Shown in pieces: positions 1-11,126 of a DNA stretch of 64,000 nt. Location: the NCBI GenBank assembly GCA_946965045.2, contig OX337239.1, forward strand, positions 310,001 through 374,000, written 5' to 3'. Origin of the DNA: Epithemia pelagica (taxonomy: Eukaryota > Protista > Bacillariophyta). Each line of letters opens with the position of its first letter. Position 1 is the stretch's first letter. The notes under the pieces were generated by a model. It made no database searches. It was not told where the DNA came from and saw nothing but the letters and a program-made list of their open reading frames with translations. A program made the position numbers and the translations under genes.

Positions 1-454
1 GTCGTTTGAAGAATAAACGGCAATTCCTAGGAATACTGAAAACTGCTCTGGTGCAGCTCTTTCGCAAACCGTACATGCAAAACTACCATCGAGAAAATGG
101 TCGCACAGGTGGACAGGAAGCAAGCCAATTGCTTCTGTCTCATGGAAAATGCATTTACAATGGACCAACTTAAGCCGCAACAACAATGATGTTTCATGCT
201 CATGGATCTCACATCCCTTTCCCACGGTTTTCTTGTTTACGACATCATTCCAGTGGGTGCGTCAACAAGTTTTGCCCATTCTCCGGAATCAAGAGCTTCT
301 TGAATGTACTTGGCAAGTTTCAGGGCTGACGAATACTCTCCTTGCTCCGATTGCAGTCGAGACTGGAATTGAGAAAGTGACTCTTGAGGACAAGAAATAC
401 TCTCAACAAAGATACTCCCAGGTACACAAGGACAATCCGGAGTGACTCTGAGCA
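1..454. repeat. Segmental duplication copy A (continues off the left edge); partner 9243-9696
   Basis: Base-by-base match to 9243-9696 (offset 9242) with about 8 substitutions counted by eye (~98%). Confidence 0.97.
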
Positions 455-1492
455 CTGTCGTAACCTCAGTGTTTTTCCAAGGCATTACACACACAACCTT
501 TTGAAACAAGTGGTCTTCCGGGTCTGATTTATTTCGGCATACCTCCGCTCGGCAAAATTCTCGAAGTTGCAAAACTTCTTCGTGGCGCATTTTATAGGTT
601 TCAAGGCGACCCAGGGCTTGATGAACAAGGAAACGAATCCGGCGCTTTGGTTACTTTGATTGTGAGGCTGAAGAATTCCGGGACAAAAGTCTTGAGCACT
701 GGGGATCAGGTCATTCAGTGGTGGTAGGTACAGGTTTTCTTCGTTCGAATCACTGACAAACTCCGCGTTCACAATACGAATACGAATACGCTGACGATGA
801 TGAGACTCGAGAGTCGCCTGGAGTTTGTATTTTTGGAGAAGAAGGAGTTTCACGTGAACAAGAACATGGTCCTCCTTTATCTTTTCTTCCTCAATTGACT
901 CGATTTTGATACCGGATAGCTCCTCTAGAAGAAGTCGACGATGGCTGTATTCTGATTTGATAGTACAGAGTTGGTTCAATTGCTGTTGAAGTCGTTCATT
1001 TTCTTTTTCAAGGACTTCTGTCTCTTCTTTCGATGCCAATTTTGCGTCTAGTTTCACATTTTCTTTCCCAATGGCTACCGCCTCCTTCTGTAATGCTTCA
1101 AGGTTTGACTGCAACTCCGCCTTTCGTTTATGAAGAGCCAACATCAATTCCTCTTGTTCGGCCAATCCACGTTGGATAGTTTCTTCGTCGAACTCCTCGT
1201 CGTCTTGAGCGAGAAGTGAATTTTGAAACTCTGAAGAAAAAGAATAGTCATTGTCATCCATCGTGCCTTTGCATTGAAAGTTGTGCAACAGTTCACGCAA
1301 TTCTTCCTTTCGATGCTGCAGCAAGCGGTGGCCATCCAGTTGTGGAGACAATGGAACCGGTCGCAACCACTGGTCCACGACCGTACCATAGTCAATGCGT
1401 GTCACGGCAGCTTCGCAATCATTGACTCCATAGGCCGTTACCACTTCTTGTTATGCGGCCGCGACTGTTGCTGCTCGAGAACTCAAAATCAT
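237..1492 (-). pseudogene. Coiled-coil + RWD-like protein (possibly Zwint/Kre28-like kinetochore protein), disrupted
   Basis: ATG at 1492 is followed in frame by TAA at 1451-1453. ORF 485-1444 is coiled-coil and ends ...LPPLNDLIPSAQDF. A 1-nt frameshift near 637 joins it to IRFLVHQALGRLETYKMRHEEV...LRVTPDCPCVPGSIFVESI (ORF 237-590). The family is a tentative recognition. Confidence 0.5.
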
Positions 1493-2430
1493 GGTCGATT
1501 CGTCCTTACTCAGCGACGATGATGATGTTGCCTCCCTGACTGATCAGGTTGGATTGATTATTGATTGTGGACACGGATCGACACCCCCTTTGTGACACGG
1601 ACGCTTGTTCCATGCACGAGTCGTTGACTTCCCTCCCATGTGTTGCTGGTCCACGCACTGTCTTGTTCGCCATGGCACCTTCCTCCCGCCTTCATCACCA
1701 CCACCAACGTCACAGCCAATTGCTTTTCCCAATGAATCCCTTCTCTTGCTCGACTCCACCCATAATGCAGTAGCAATCCTCGTGTCTTTCGATACCTACC
1801 GAATACCGAACCAAGGGTATTCGTACGATACGTGCACAGGCGGAGCAATCCAGTGCCGTTGGGGGGAAGTTACCGGGTCTCGAATTCGAGCAACAGAAGC
1901 GAAACCATGTACGACACTGGGACCTTTTGGCTACTCGCTATTCTCCTTTTTCCACAACTGTCTACCCAACCGCAACCAATAGCTCACAAGGATTGCCCAA
2001 GTTGGCCGGGGTTATGCCATCATGCTTGACATTCATAGTTGTTCATTCTGCCATCATTGGAGATTCCACATCTCCAATCGACAGAGATGCGACCAACAGT
2101 CTGTCCATCGTCCCACTCTTTTCACTGACCACTTCGGGTCGAAAAGAGACAAGAGATCCAAAATCCAAAATCCAAAATCCACAATCTTTTCAGCTTTTTT
2201 GGTTTGGGGCAAAGAGAATCCGACCACAGAGCGTATCCATCTCAATCCAACTCCTTCGACCTTTCCACAAAGCAGACGAACCATGAGAGTTTGCCTGTCT
2301 CATTGGTATATTCGCAATCGACATGTACCACAACCAAGACGACGACGACGACGACGACGACAAGTCTTGCAACTGGACACTGTCGGGGGGCGTGCCTGTT
2401 CTTCGACACGTTGACACGACGTAAGATCAA

Positions 2431-4427
2431 TTGGAAAAGTCTGTATCCGCGAATGAACCAAAGGCAGGAGATACCAAAGAAACTGCCGAATCCCTCCAAG
2501 ACGGTGCAATCGAAACGGAAGAAGTGACTGAAAATCAACATGCAGAACCAGAGGAAGAAGCACCCCTGGTGAACATTCCCAATATACGTGAGATTCGTCA
2601 ATCGCAACAAAAGTTTCGAACAAGACTGTCAGTCCCCAACTGCAACTCTTGGATTTGGCACTGGCGGCTCTTCGAAGGTTGCATCGCATCCATCACGATC
2701 GAAGGGCAGTCATGGAAAACACTCTGGTGGCACAATCCCTGGAGCAGCTTCATGCGGAACAAGACAAGGATCAGGGCAAACCAAACAGTTTCTGGCAAAC
2801 AACCGTCAAGGGCATTGTCAACTTTTTGACCGCAAAAAGAACAAGAAGTAGACTCTGAATCGAAACCAGACGACATTCCGAAAAACTCCAAAACGGATGC
2901 GGAGATTCATGAGTATACCAAAGTGGAACAATCCACCGCGCTCAACGTGTTGCGACCCATGCTCTTTTCGTTTGCTCCAAGCTCAACAACCACATCGTCG
3001 TAATCCAGTCCGGCAGGAATTGGATTCACCTTGCCCAGAATATTGTCGAGAGGTTTCGGAACGCTTTATCGAGCTCTTGGACATTGTATCCAGACAAGAT
3101 CCCACCTTTACCATTTTGGATGCCTCGCAAACCGAAAAAGTCCTCCAGTTCCTCTGTTTGGGTGGTACCCTGAACAGTGCTGAATGGTGCCAGCACTTGT
3201 ACATGGCCCGAAAGGATGACAAGCCCCCAGGTAGGGGCAAACGCGATAAAGTGGTGGACGAAGACGGAGAAAAAATTGTGTGGCGGGCCTATGTACAAGT
3301 GGCCAAGAATAAAGATTGTCCCATGACGGAACGACAAGAAGCCGTTCGCAAACTGAAACGTTTGTTTATGGATCGATGGAACAAGAATTACCCTTTTTTC
3401 CAAGGTTCAGCGACTGGAACAAACATTGGCCGTGATTGCGGCTGTTTGTGAGATTTCGGATCAAGGTCTTGAGGAAGAATTCCAACAATTTGTCGTAACT
3501 GTGGTTCGTCGGTTTTGGGGAAAAGACTTTTACGAAGGATTCCGAAAAACTCTCGAGGAGGCAAAGGATCTCAAGAAGTACCTCAACGGACGAGATCCTG
3601 CGTTGATTGATTCACTCGCAGGAGCCTACGCCTGTCATGACTTGACAACCTCTCCAAAACTGATGGAGGTGTTGTTAGACCTGAAATCGTTGCGTACATC
3701 GGCAGAAACAACCGACCGATATATTGAACAACCGCTCCGCCATTACTATGACACACCCAAATCCGATCGAAACTCGGTCAGTGACGTGGAATTTGTCATG
3801 GCCTTGCTTTATTCGTCCATGTCCAAGTCGGAGTCATTAACCCGCACCTCGCAACATACCTTCTCCATGATTTCGACGCTGCTCACCCTCACTTCTCCTC
3901 CGCAAGTGGGACAACACTTTACGACATGGCTGGCGCATTTGGAGCTGCGAACCCTGATTGGGGGCGGTGATGTACAAGTAAAAGGAGCTGACTACAAACC
4001 AGGCCTATGGGCTTATTGGCAAGAAGCTAAGCAAAAAGGAGAAACGCAGCATGGGATCTCTTGGTAAAAAATGGACAGTCTTACCACTCCGCTGTTAATG
4101 AATGCCACCGAGGTTCGAGGGTCGAAAGGTGGTCGTTTGAAAATGCTGTACGATATCGATGATCAACCATCACAGCGTGCCTATGAGATTGTTTTGAACA
4201 TTATCTGCGAAGAAGTTGGTTCCAATGTCGAACCGGCAACACTGTTTTTGAAAGTGCTAGCCCTGGCCGAACGGAACAAGGTCGATCTGAGTCATTGGAA
4301 ACTGAATCGCATGCCGGATTGGGTCAAGCGACCGAAACTAGTTGATAGACCCCCGATCCGACAGACTGGATCCGGTGGAAGAAAAAGAAGAAGTTATGTA
4401 GATTCGGCGCTGGCGTCCCGGTCGTGA
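2431..4427 (+). pseudogene. Degraded gene of unknown family
   Basis: Collinear protein-like ORFs 2431-2829, 2649-2858, 2897-3451, 3426-4067 and 4071-4427. The last two are in the same frame, separated only by TAA-AAA. A frameshift lies near 3430. Confidence 0.6.
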
Positions 4428-4897
4428 CCTGGGATGCCAATCCCAATCACGGCTTGTGGGGATGGCTCAGTTTTGCTCGCATGGATCGGTTGCCTCTCGA
4501 ACTGGTCTTGGTCCTCTTGTGCAATGTGGGCGGCGTCATGGGTTATGCCCATTGTTTGCAGTATTTGGATCCGTTGGTCATTGCCGTGGCCGCGCTCATG
4601 GAACCCGTGGTGGCCGAAGTCTTGGCCAGTCTCGCCCATGTGAGTCCCTGGCCTGGACTCACGGGATGGACCGGCAATCTCCTTGTCACCACGGGAACCC
4701 TCACACTGGTCTGGCACAGCAATACGCATCAACCACCAAAACAACCATTACAACCACCAAATAAATCACCATCATCACCATCACCTCACACGAAAACGAA
4801 AAAAATGACGACCACTATCCACACTAACGACGACAACGACAACGACATGGACCACTCACCACCAAGAACAAGAAGAAGAAGAGAGGGTGAATCTTGA
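4424..4897 (+). pseudogene. C-terminal fragment of a DMT/EamA-type transporter
   Basis: Hydrophobic helices with GLWGWL...LCNVGGVMGY...LDPLVIAVAALMEPVVAEVL...GWTGNLLVTTGT. There is no N-terminal half, and the fragment abuts the previous pseudogene. Confidence 0.65.
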
Positions 4898-5209
4898 AGA
4901 ACGACGACGGCCACCACATTTTCCTCGCGACGACCGAGCCGTAGTACTTCTAATAGCAACAAGAGGAGAAATCATTCCACCACCACCACATCTCTCCATG
5001 GCGATGGCCGAGCCGTAAAAAATGACAATGGGGATTGCAACCTTGGAACCACACCACCGCAAGTCTCCAAATAGGTTTTCCTTGCACAAATTTCTTTTGG
5101 ATCATCTCTTTGGTCCTCTCCTAGGTAACTCCTAACCACAAGCCCTGATTTTTCCATCCAGACCACGACAACTCGGAACTAGGTAGAAGATAGATAGTCT
5201 CTATATTGC

Positions 5210-5780
5210 GTACAGCTCTTGGTGGAAAGCCCGCTCGCGACGTCAACGCGGCTGTACATTGAACGGGTAGGGCGACAGGACATCAATGGATGCCTGTCAG
5301 GCAACTACGGCACACCCCAGAGGCTAATCAGAGGAGCCCCCAAACTCGTAAGTCGTCCCCATCATCTGGACACGAGTGCCCAGGGTGAGTAGGCTAATCA
5401 AGAGATAGCCCTAATCTCTAAATACATATGAACGGGGGCGGCGACAGGACATCAATGGATGCCTGTCAGGCAACTATGGCACACCCACACCCCATGTATT
5501 CCCCACCATCTGGACACGAGTGCCCAGGGTGAGTAGGCTAATCAAGAGGTAGCCCTAATCTCTTGGAGTACATACAATTTGAACGGAGGACGAGGCGACC
5601 GTATTGTATGTACTCCTGAGGCTAATCAGAGGAGCCCCCAAACTCCCCACCATCTGGACACGAGTGCCCAGGGTGAGTAGGCTAATCAAGAGGTAGCCCT
5701 AATCTCTATCTGGCACAGAGACCGAAGTCTCCATGCCAGATACCTGGTGACACAAGGACAAGTCCTCATGCCACCTGGGT
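5210..5780. repeat. Cluster of reiterated inverted-repeat (hairpin) modules, non-coding
   Basis: A ~57-nt unit CATCTGGACACGAGTGCCCAGGGTGAGTAGGCTAATCAAGAG(G/A)TAGCCCTAATCTCT occurs x3 (5363, 5507, 5651). GACAGGACATCAATGGATGCCTGTC occurs x2 (5274, 5443). A 14-bp perfect IR sits at 5565-5578/5603-5616 and a 9-bp IR at 5707-5715/5734-5742. Confidence 0.93.
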
Positions 5781-5920
5781 TTTGGGATAACACCGACAAC
5801 CGACACACCAACAAGGACCACCAAGGACATCTCCGACAAGGACCCTAGCTAGACTCAGCTGATGTAATCGTTAGAAACAGAAGAAGGGGTAGAGTGAGTT
5901 GGTTGAGTAGGAAAGATTCA

Positions 5921-6880
5921 TCACCGACATGACTGTGCGCACGTACCACTAGCAACCGACAACCGACATGTTATTTTTCTGGGTTTTTTTGGATTTTTTT
6001 GCTTTTTCTGGGCTTTTTGGGATTTTTTTGCTTTTTCTGGGTTTTTTGGATTTTTTTCAACTCCACCACTACCCGTACCCGCGGACAAAAGACGAGCGGA
6101 TCGTCGAACGTGCACCATTCGGCGTGCCTTCTTGGAGTAGGCAACAACAAGGATCCTGCCCAAACGCGGGGAGTCCTCGGGGCCGGAGGAACTCTCGATC
6201 ACGCTTTGGGGGGCATTCTCGTCAATGTGAGGCGAGGGCGAGGTATCTTTTTGGGTGGGGGTGGGGGTGGGGGAAGGAGGGGTGGAATTTCGAGGGGGTG
6301 AGTCGTGCCCCAAAGTGATCTCGTCGTCGTCGTCAGGGATGAGCGCAGGTTCGGGCTCAGGCTGATGACGGTCGACTGGAGGGGTCTCCTCTTCCTCGTC
6401 GTCCTCGAGATCCTCTGCGAGTGCGAGAGGAGGGAAGTCCAAGTCAGCGTCGACCTCGCAAGGCAGAACAGCAACAGTGTCGACGTCGACCTCCTCCTCG
6501 CGATCGCGAATCTCGACCTCTCCATCCTCGTGACGACGATTCTGCTCTCCATCTTCGTGACGACGATTCTGCTCGCAGTCGCAGTGCTTCTCAGCAAGCT
6601 TTGCTTCAGCAATGGCCAGCTGTTGTTGAAGCTGAGCTTTGTCGTGTCGAAGCTGTTTAAGCTCCGCATGCTCGTGTCGAAGCTCCGCGTGTTCGCTACT
6701 TGTAGTACGACTTTTCTTGTTGAAAATGACCCGAAACAGGTGTTGGACGATAAGTTTCGCCTCATCGAGGACATCAGCGACACCGTAACACAGTATGAGA
6801 GTCACAAAAGGAGCAACTAACAGAGCCCATTCGGAGCTGATCATCTTTTCGTAACAGTAATCACAATCACACATCATCAT
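5921..6880 (-). CDS. Hypothetical protein: N-terminal hydrophobic segment, coiled coil, acidic/Pro-rich linker, C-terminal RRSARL motif and Lys-rich tail
   Basis: Open ORF of ~320 aa, with ATG at 6880. It contains an internal repeat EQNRRHEDG x2 and ...LGRILVVAYSKKARRMVHVRRSARLLSA. Confidence 0.6.
   Translation of the reverse strand: MMMCDCDYCYEKMISSEWALLVAPFVTLILCYGVADVLDEAKLIVQHLFRVIFNKKSRTTSSEHAELRHEHAELKQLRHDKAQLQQQLAIAEAKLAEKHCDCEQNRRHEDGEQNRRHEDGEVEIRDREEEVDVDTVAVLPCEVDADLDFPPLALAEDLEDDEEEETPPVDRHQPEPEPALIPDDDDEITLGHDSPPRNSTPPSPTPTPTQKDTSPSPHIDENAPQSVIESSSGPEDSPRLGRILVVAYSKKARRMVHVRRSARLLSAGTGSGGVEKNPKNPEKAKKSQKAQKKQKNPKKPRKITCRLSVASGTCAQSCR
5974..6057. repeat. 28-bp tandem repeat x3
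   Basis: The unit TTTTTCTGGG(T/C)TTTTTGGATTTTTTTGC repeats three times with small variations (84 bp). Confidence 0.9.
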
Positions 6881-7062
6881 GGTCAATCGTATTTTTGGTC
6901 AATCGTATTTTGTTTTTGTGCGTGTTGGATTGTTGCGTGTTGTTGTTGTTGGCGTTTCGTGTTGTTTGGCGATCGGACCATGGAGATTGCGAGGCAGCGG
7001 GGTCGGTTTAGACGAACGCAACAATCAACCGTTCGAGGGCAGCAACACCCACCGTCGGGGCA

Positions 7063-7873
7063 ATGTCGCACGTACCTCGAGGGTCGAGGGCAGCAACACA
7101 GCGCAACAATCAACCGTCGGATGCAGCGGAGTTCCACAACCAAGACGACGACGACAAGAACAAGAGCAAGTCCATGACGACGACACAACAACATCAACAA
7201 AACGAAGAAGAAGACTATGGCAATGAGGATGAAGAACACGAACCCTACTTTAATCCTCACGAAAAAACCTTGCTGCGACGATTGCCCAAACGATTGCGCC
7301 ACAAAATGTTGCCCTTTTGCGATCCAGAGTTCAAATCTGCATCGCCCTTCTTGTTTGCATTTTCCGTCGTGTTGGAGGCAGGTGCGGCAGTCTCATGTTT
7401 GGTGTTCAAGGATGGCTTGTCGTTTCTCGTGGGGGCTGCCTCTGGACTCCAGTCATCATCGACAACACTCTCCTTGAAGGATTGGCAGAGCCTCTTGGAC
7501 ATTGATGCGGAACCCATGTCGTGTGTTTTAATTTGGCTCTCGTCGTGTGTCTGTGTCATGGCAGTGACAGCCTATCGCGATGGCAACTTTGCCCGCTTGC
7601 TGTCGCGGTGGATCGGGGGCCGGTCGAATGGACTATACGGCCGTCCCCACTGCCGATTCCTCCAACGACAAAAGTGGAGCCAAGCGAGGCGATGTTCCTG
7701 CTTCGTACCGTGACCATCCCACACCTCAGGATACGTACAATTTACCATCGGAGGAAGCCGGGGATGGGAATGCTGGTGGTCCGTTTGAGTCAGAAGTGGA
7801 CGATTCATCTGTATTGACCTTCGATACGAAACCATTTGCAACCGGACAGCCCTTTGACGGAAGATCAGTTTGA
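7063..7873 (+). pseudogene. Unassigned coding-like fragments
   Basis: Overlapping ORFs 7063-7713 and 7580-7873 have protein-like composition. They may be upstream pieces of the Rab3GAP remnant; unresolved. Confidence 0.3.
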
Positions 7874-8069
7874 TACGAGCTTGCCTTCGGGGGGCAGGAA
7901 CAAAGAAATTCAAAGCATTTCCACACGGAAGCAACCATGACGGGCAAAGTGATGCAAGCCAGGCATCTCGGTATTGGGAATTGGGATTATCGAAGCGTGG
8001 CGAGTCGGGCGACGAGAAGAACCCGCAGAACGTTTGCGGATGACCCAAGTGTGGCGACCTTTCATACCG

Positions 8070-9251
8070 GGCAAATGACACAGTACTATGACGCCGACCA
8101 ACCCAGCCAAACAGAGGCGAATGAGCCTGTCATGTCCCGACGTGGATGACCACCCGCATGGGGTCCCGATGTCCCGTCGAAGGTCAAAGCATCCGAAGCA
8201 ACGGACATCAAGTCTTTGCACCCTATCTGCAGCGCCCTTTGCCGTTGACAGACGATTTGATGGCTCAGCGACGACAATGGTGGGGGCAACAAAGTACCTC
8301 TTCGAGTTCGGCAATGAACGGTCATTCAAATCTTGGCGTCGCCAAGCTTTCACCCATGTAGTCTCAGAGGGATATTCTAGAACGTGTTGAAGTGGACAAC
8401 ATGATGCAACGATCAAAATTGTTGTCAGACATGAGTGCCTTCAAGGCGGCCAATCCTGGATGCGACTTGGAAGACTTTATACATTGGTACGGTCAACCAC
8501 GCAGCGCTTTGACGGATGATCAGCAAGCTCAAGAACTTTTATCCTCCTTGTCGTCGTCCACCATGGATGCTCCAAATCCTGAACCATGTCCATCACCACC
8601 AGCAGCATCGAGTCTAGCAGTGGAGCGCACACGGGAGTTTGGGTCCAAAACATGGAAGGAAACACCTTCCATGGGGGCGGAAGATCAAGAGCCCTTGTTC
8701 CGAGCTTCGGATACTGTGGAAATTGCCTTGAATGATTGAAAGACCCTTCATCCCGCCAACTTATAAGCAGTGTTCTGGCAACCAACTTGAGCAATGCCTA
8801 CTTTTCGTCGGTGATTTCAGCTCAAGTCGGGGCGGATATCGGAGAACATGCGATTCAACTTGCAAGTATGCGCGTATACTTGACGCAGTCCATTGCTCCG
8901 AAAGGTTTACAACGATACACGGGTGAAGAGGATCAATTTCTTGATGTGTATCAATGGACGCAGTGGTTCTCGCTACAGAGGCGGTATGGAACAAATCTTC
9001 TTCGATTGCCTACGAATCCTACACGAAGTTTTAGGAATCAAAACTCTCAATGTGTCCATTGTCGTGAAGGAGAGCAAATCGATGAAGAAAGCTCCAGGCC
9101 TGCGAGTAAGACCTGCATCGTTGTTCATATCGCAGTAAAATTCCCTAGAAAAAAATTCCCAACAATTCTGCGCAGCGAAGATGTACTAGGAGTACTATTA
9201 TACGAATCTTTGGCAGCAAATGCACAACAGAAAGATATCCAAGTCGTTTGA
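8070..9251 (+). pseudogene. RAB3GAP1: Rab3 GTPase-activating protein catalytic subunit, C-terminal half, disrupted
   Basis: Family motifs APYLQRPLPLTDD and LLSDMSAFKAANPGCDLEDFIHWY are present. In-frame stops occur at 8359-8361 and 8737-8739, with frameshifts near 8140 and 8760. Confidence 0.85.
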
Positions 9252-9696
9252 AGAATAAACGGCAGTTCCTAGGAATACTGAAAACTGCTCTGGTGCAGCT
9301 CTTTCGCATACCGTACATGCAAAAGTACCATCGAGAAAATGGTCGCACAGGTGGACAGCAAGCAAGCCAATTGCTTCTGTCTCATGGAAAATGCATTTAC
9401 AATGGACCAACCTAAGCCGCAACAACAATGATGTTTCATGCTCATGGATCTCACATCCCTTTCCCACGGTTTTCTTGTTTACGACATCATTCCCGTGGGT
9501 GCGTCAACAAGTTTTGCCCATTCTCCGGAATCAAGAGCTTCTTGAATGTACTTGGCAAGTTTCAGGGCGGACGAATACTCTCCTTGCTCCGATTGCAGTC
9601 GAGACTGGAATTGAGAAAGTGACTCTTGAGGACAAGAAATACTCTCAACAAAGATACTCCCAGGTACACAAGGACAATCTGGAGTGACTCTGAGCA
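9243..9696. repeat. Segmental duplication copy B; partner 1-454
   Basis: Same alignment as copy A. Identity stops abruptly after ...GTGACTCTGAGCA (454/9696). Confidence 0.97.
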
Positions 9697-9874
9697 ACTC
9701 CGGGTCTGCATCCGGGAACATTTGGGTCAATATTTCTTCCATGCCTGCAGTATCGGTCGGAGGTTGGGAAGAGGACGGCATAGATCCCTTGCTTGGTTCT
9801 GCGTTGGGTTTCACAGGTGCGGGTGCTGCCTTGTTGCTGGAAGCCGAAATCTGCGCGTGGAGGAATGTCAACAA
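9479..9874 (-). CDS. Chimeric ORF: CUE-like N-part fused in frame to the duplicated C-terminus of the 237-1492 gene
   Basis: MEEILTQMFPDADPELLR (CUE-type MFP motif) joins directly to VTPDCPCVPGSIF...APTGMMS, identical to ORF 237-590. Expression is unknown. Confidence 0.55.
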   Translation of the reverse strand: MLTFLHAQISASSNKAAPAPVKPNAEPSKGSMPSSSQPPTDTAGMEEILTQMFPDADPELLRVTPDCPCVPGSIFVESISCPQESLSQFQSRLQSEQGEYSSALKLAKYIQEALDSGEWAKLVDAPTGMMS

Positions 9875-11126
9875 ATCCTTGGCAGTCGGATCCGAGAGAA
9901 TTTGGGTGGCAATGGTTCAAACAGCGGCGGTTCCGGGGCCTGGGCCAAACTGGTCCCATCTCGAATCATCCAGGCGGCCAAAATATCCGGAGGAACATCC
10001 TTTTGTTGCAAGACTTGCAAGAATGCTTTGGCTTCAATGTCGACTGCTTCGAGGGAAATGACTTAGCTTTTTGGCATTTCCACAGGTGGCGATGGATCGA
10101 AACGCATTTCCGATGGCTGCGGCTGCTGTTGTTCTCCCATGAGTTTGATGAGCTTACTCGATGGTTCCTCACCCTGGTTGGCAGACGGTTCCATTCCATT
10201 GGACTACTCTTGTGATTTTTGTAGTTCCTCCCTGGCATCCCGTTGGAGTTCCTCCAAGGTCAAATAAGGATTGCTGCTTGTTGCGTAAATTCCAAAAAGG
10301 CTTGCCACAAGATACCTCGATCTTGTTCTTCCTGTACGGGCCCATTGGTCCCCAACAAGGCTCGAATAGACATGTCTTGCGCCTTGCGTTTCCGTCCCCG
10401 CTCTTGCGCAAATTGGGCAAAGGACAAACACACCGTTCCGAAAATGCCCGCCATTGGACAATGCGTCGAATTGTTGACAAGAGGACAAATATTCGGCATA
10501 GGCGAGTCAGAGTGTCACAATGGTTGTTATTGGCCAATAGTTTGCGAGCATCGTCCATCCAGGTCAACAAGGCCGATTGAAACATCATTGGACCGCCTTC
10601 CAAGGCATCCTTTTCCGTATTCTTGTCTTGAGCCGCTTGAAGCACCACATGGGGGTCGACTTTGTTGGCGGCTTGTAATTCGTTTGCCGAGGATATGTTC
10701 AAAGAATGGCGAGAACGAAACAAGACGTATAGTATCGAATGGTGTTATGCTAAACATGGGATAGGCACCAAAGGCTCCCACTTTGGAGGGATTGGGATTG
10801 CCTTGGGCAATTTTGCGCAATCGGGCCCAATCCTGGGGACCAACCGCGAGTCCATTGTTGCGATACAAGACTTGCGTGACCACGCCATTGTTACCAGTCG
10901 AACATCGAATTTCGACGCGCGTGGCTTTGGCATTGTTGCTAGTTTGCAACAATTCGCGATAGACGGCCCCGGCATAGACGGCCAAAATCTTGTCCATCCA
11001 GGCCCGTTGAGTCCTCACTTCCACTCGTTCTTCTTGTGCCATTGAAGCATCCGTATCCGTGCTGTCCCCCCACAAGTCCTGCAAGGGGTTGATCATAGTA
11101 CTGTTGCTGCTCGACGACGACGACAT
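9875..11126 (-). pseudogene. Sacsin-like GHKL ATPase (DUF3684-type) remnant
   Basis: DKILAVYAGAVYRELLQTSNNAKA...YRNNG...DWARLRKIAQGNPNPSKVGAFG matches the family N-terminus, but with an N-to-T change in the N-box and a shortened G-box. Frameshifted fragments follow. Confidence 0.75.

Noticed and set aside
5363-5419. Pistol ribozyme (TTAGGG/CCCT pseudoknot-like words)
   Set aside because: P1 cannot be formed on either strand.
5321-5699. CRISPR-like repeat-spacer array
   Set aside because: The intervening sequences are themselves repeated and unequal in length; there are no cas genes and the context is eukaryotic.
5859-5878. Hammerhead-like CTGATG...GAAAC
   Set aside because: The core reads CUGAUGU rather than CUGANGA, stem II is marginal, and I found no convincing stems I and III.
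2328-7155. 22-nt match CCACAACCAAGACGACGACGAC at 2328 and 7134
   Set aside because: More than half is GAC microsatellite, which is common throughout this window.
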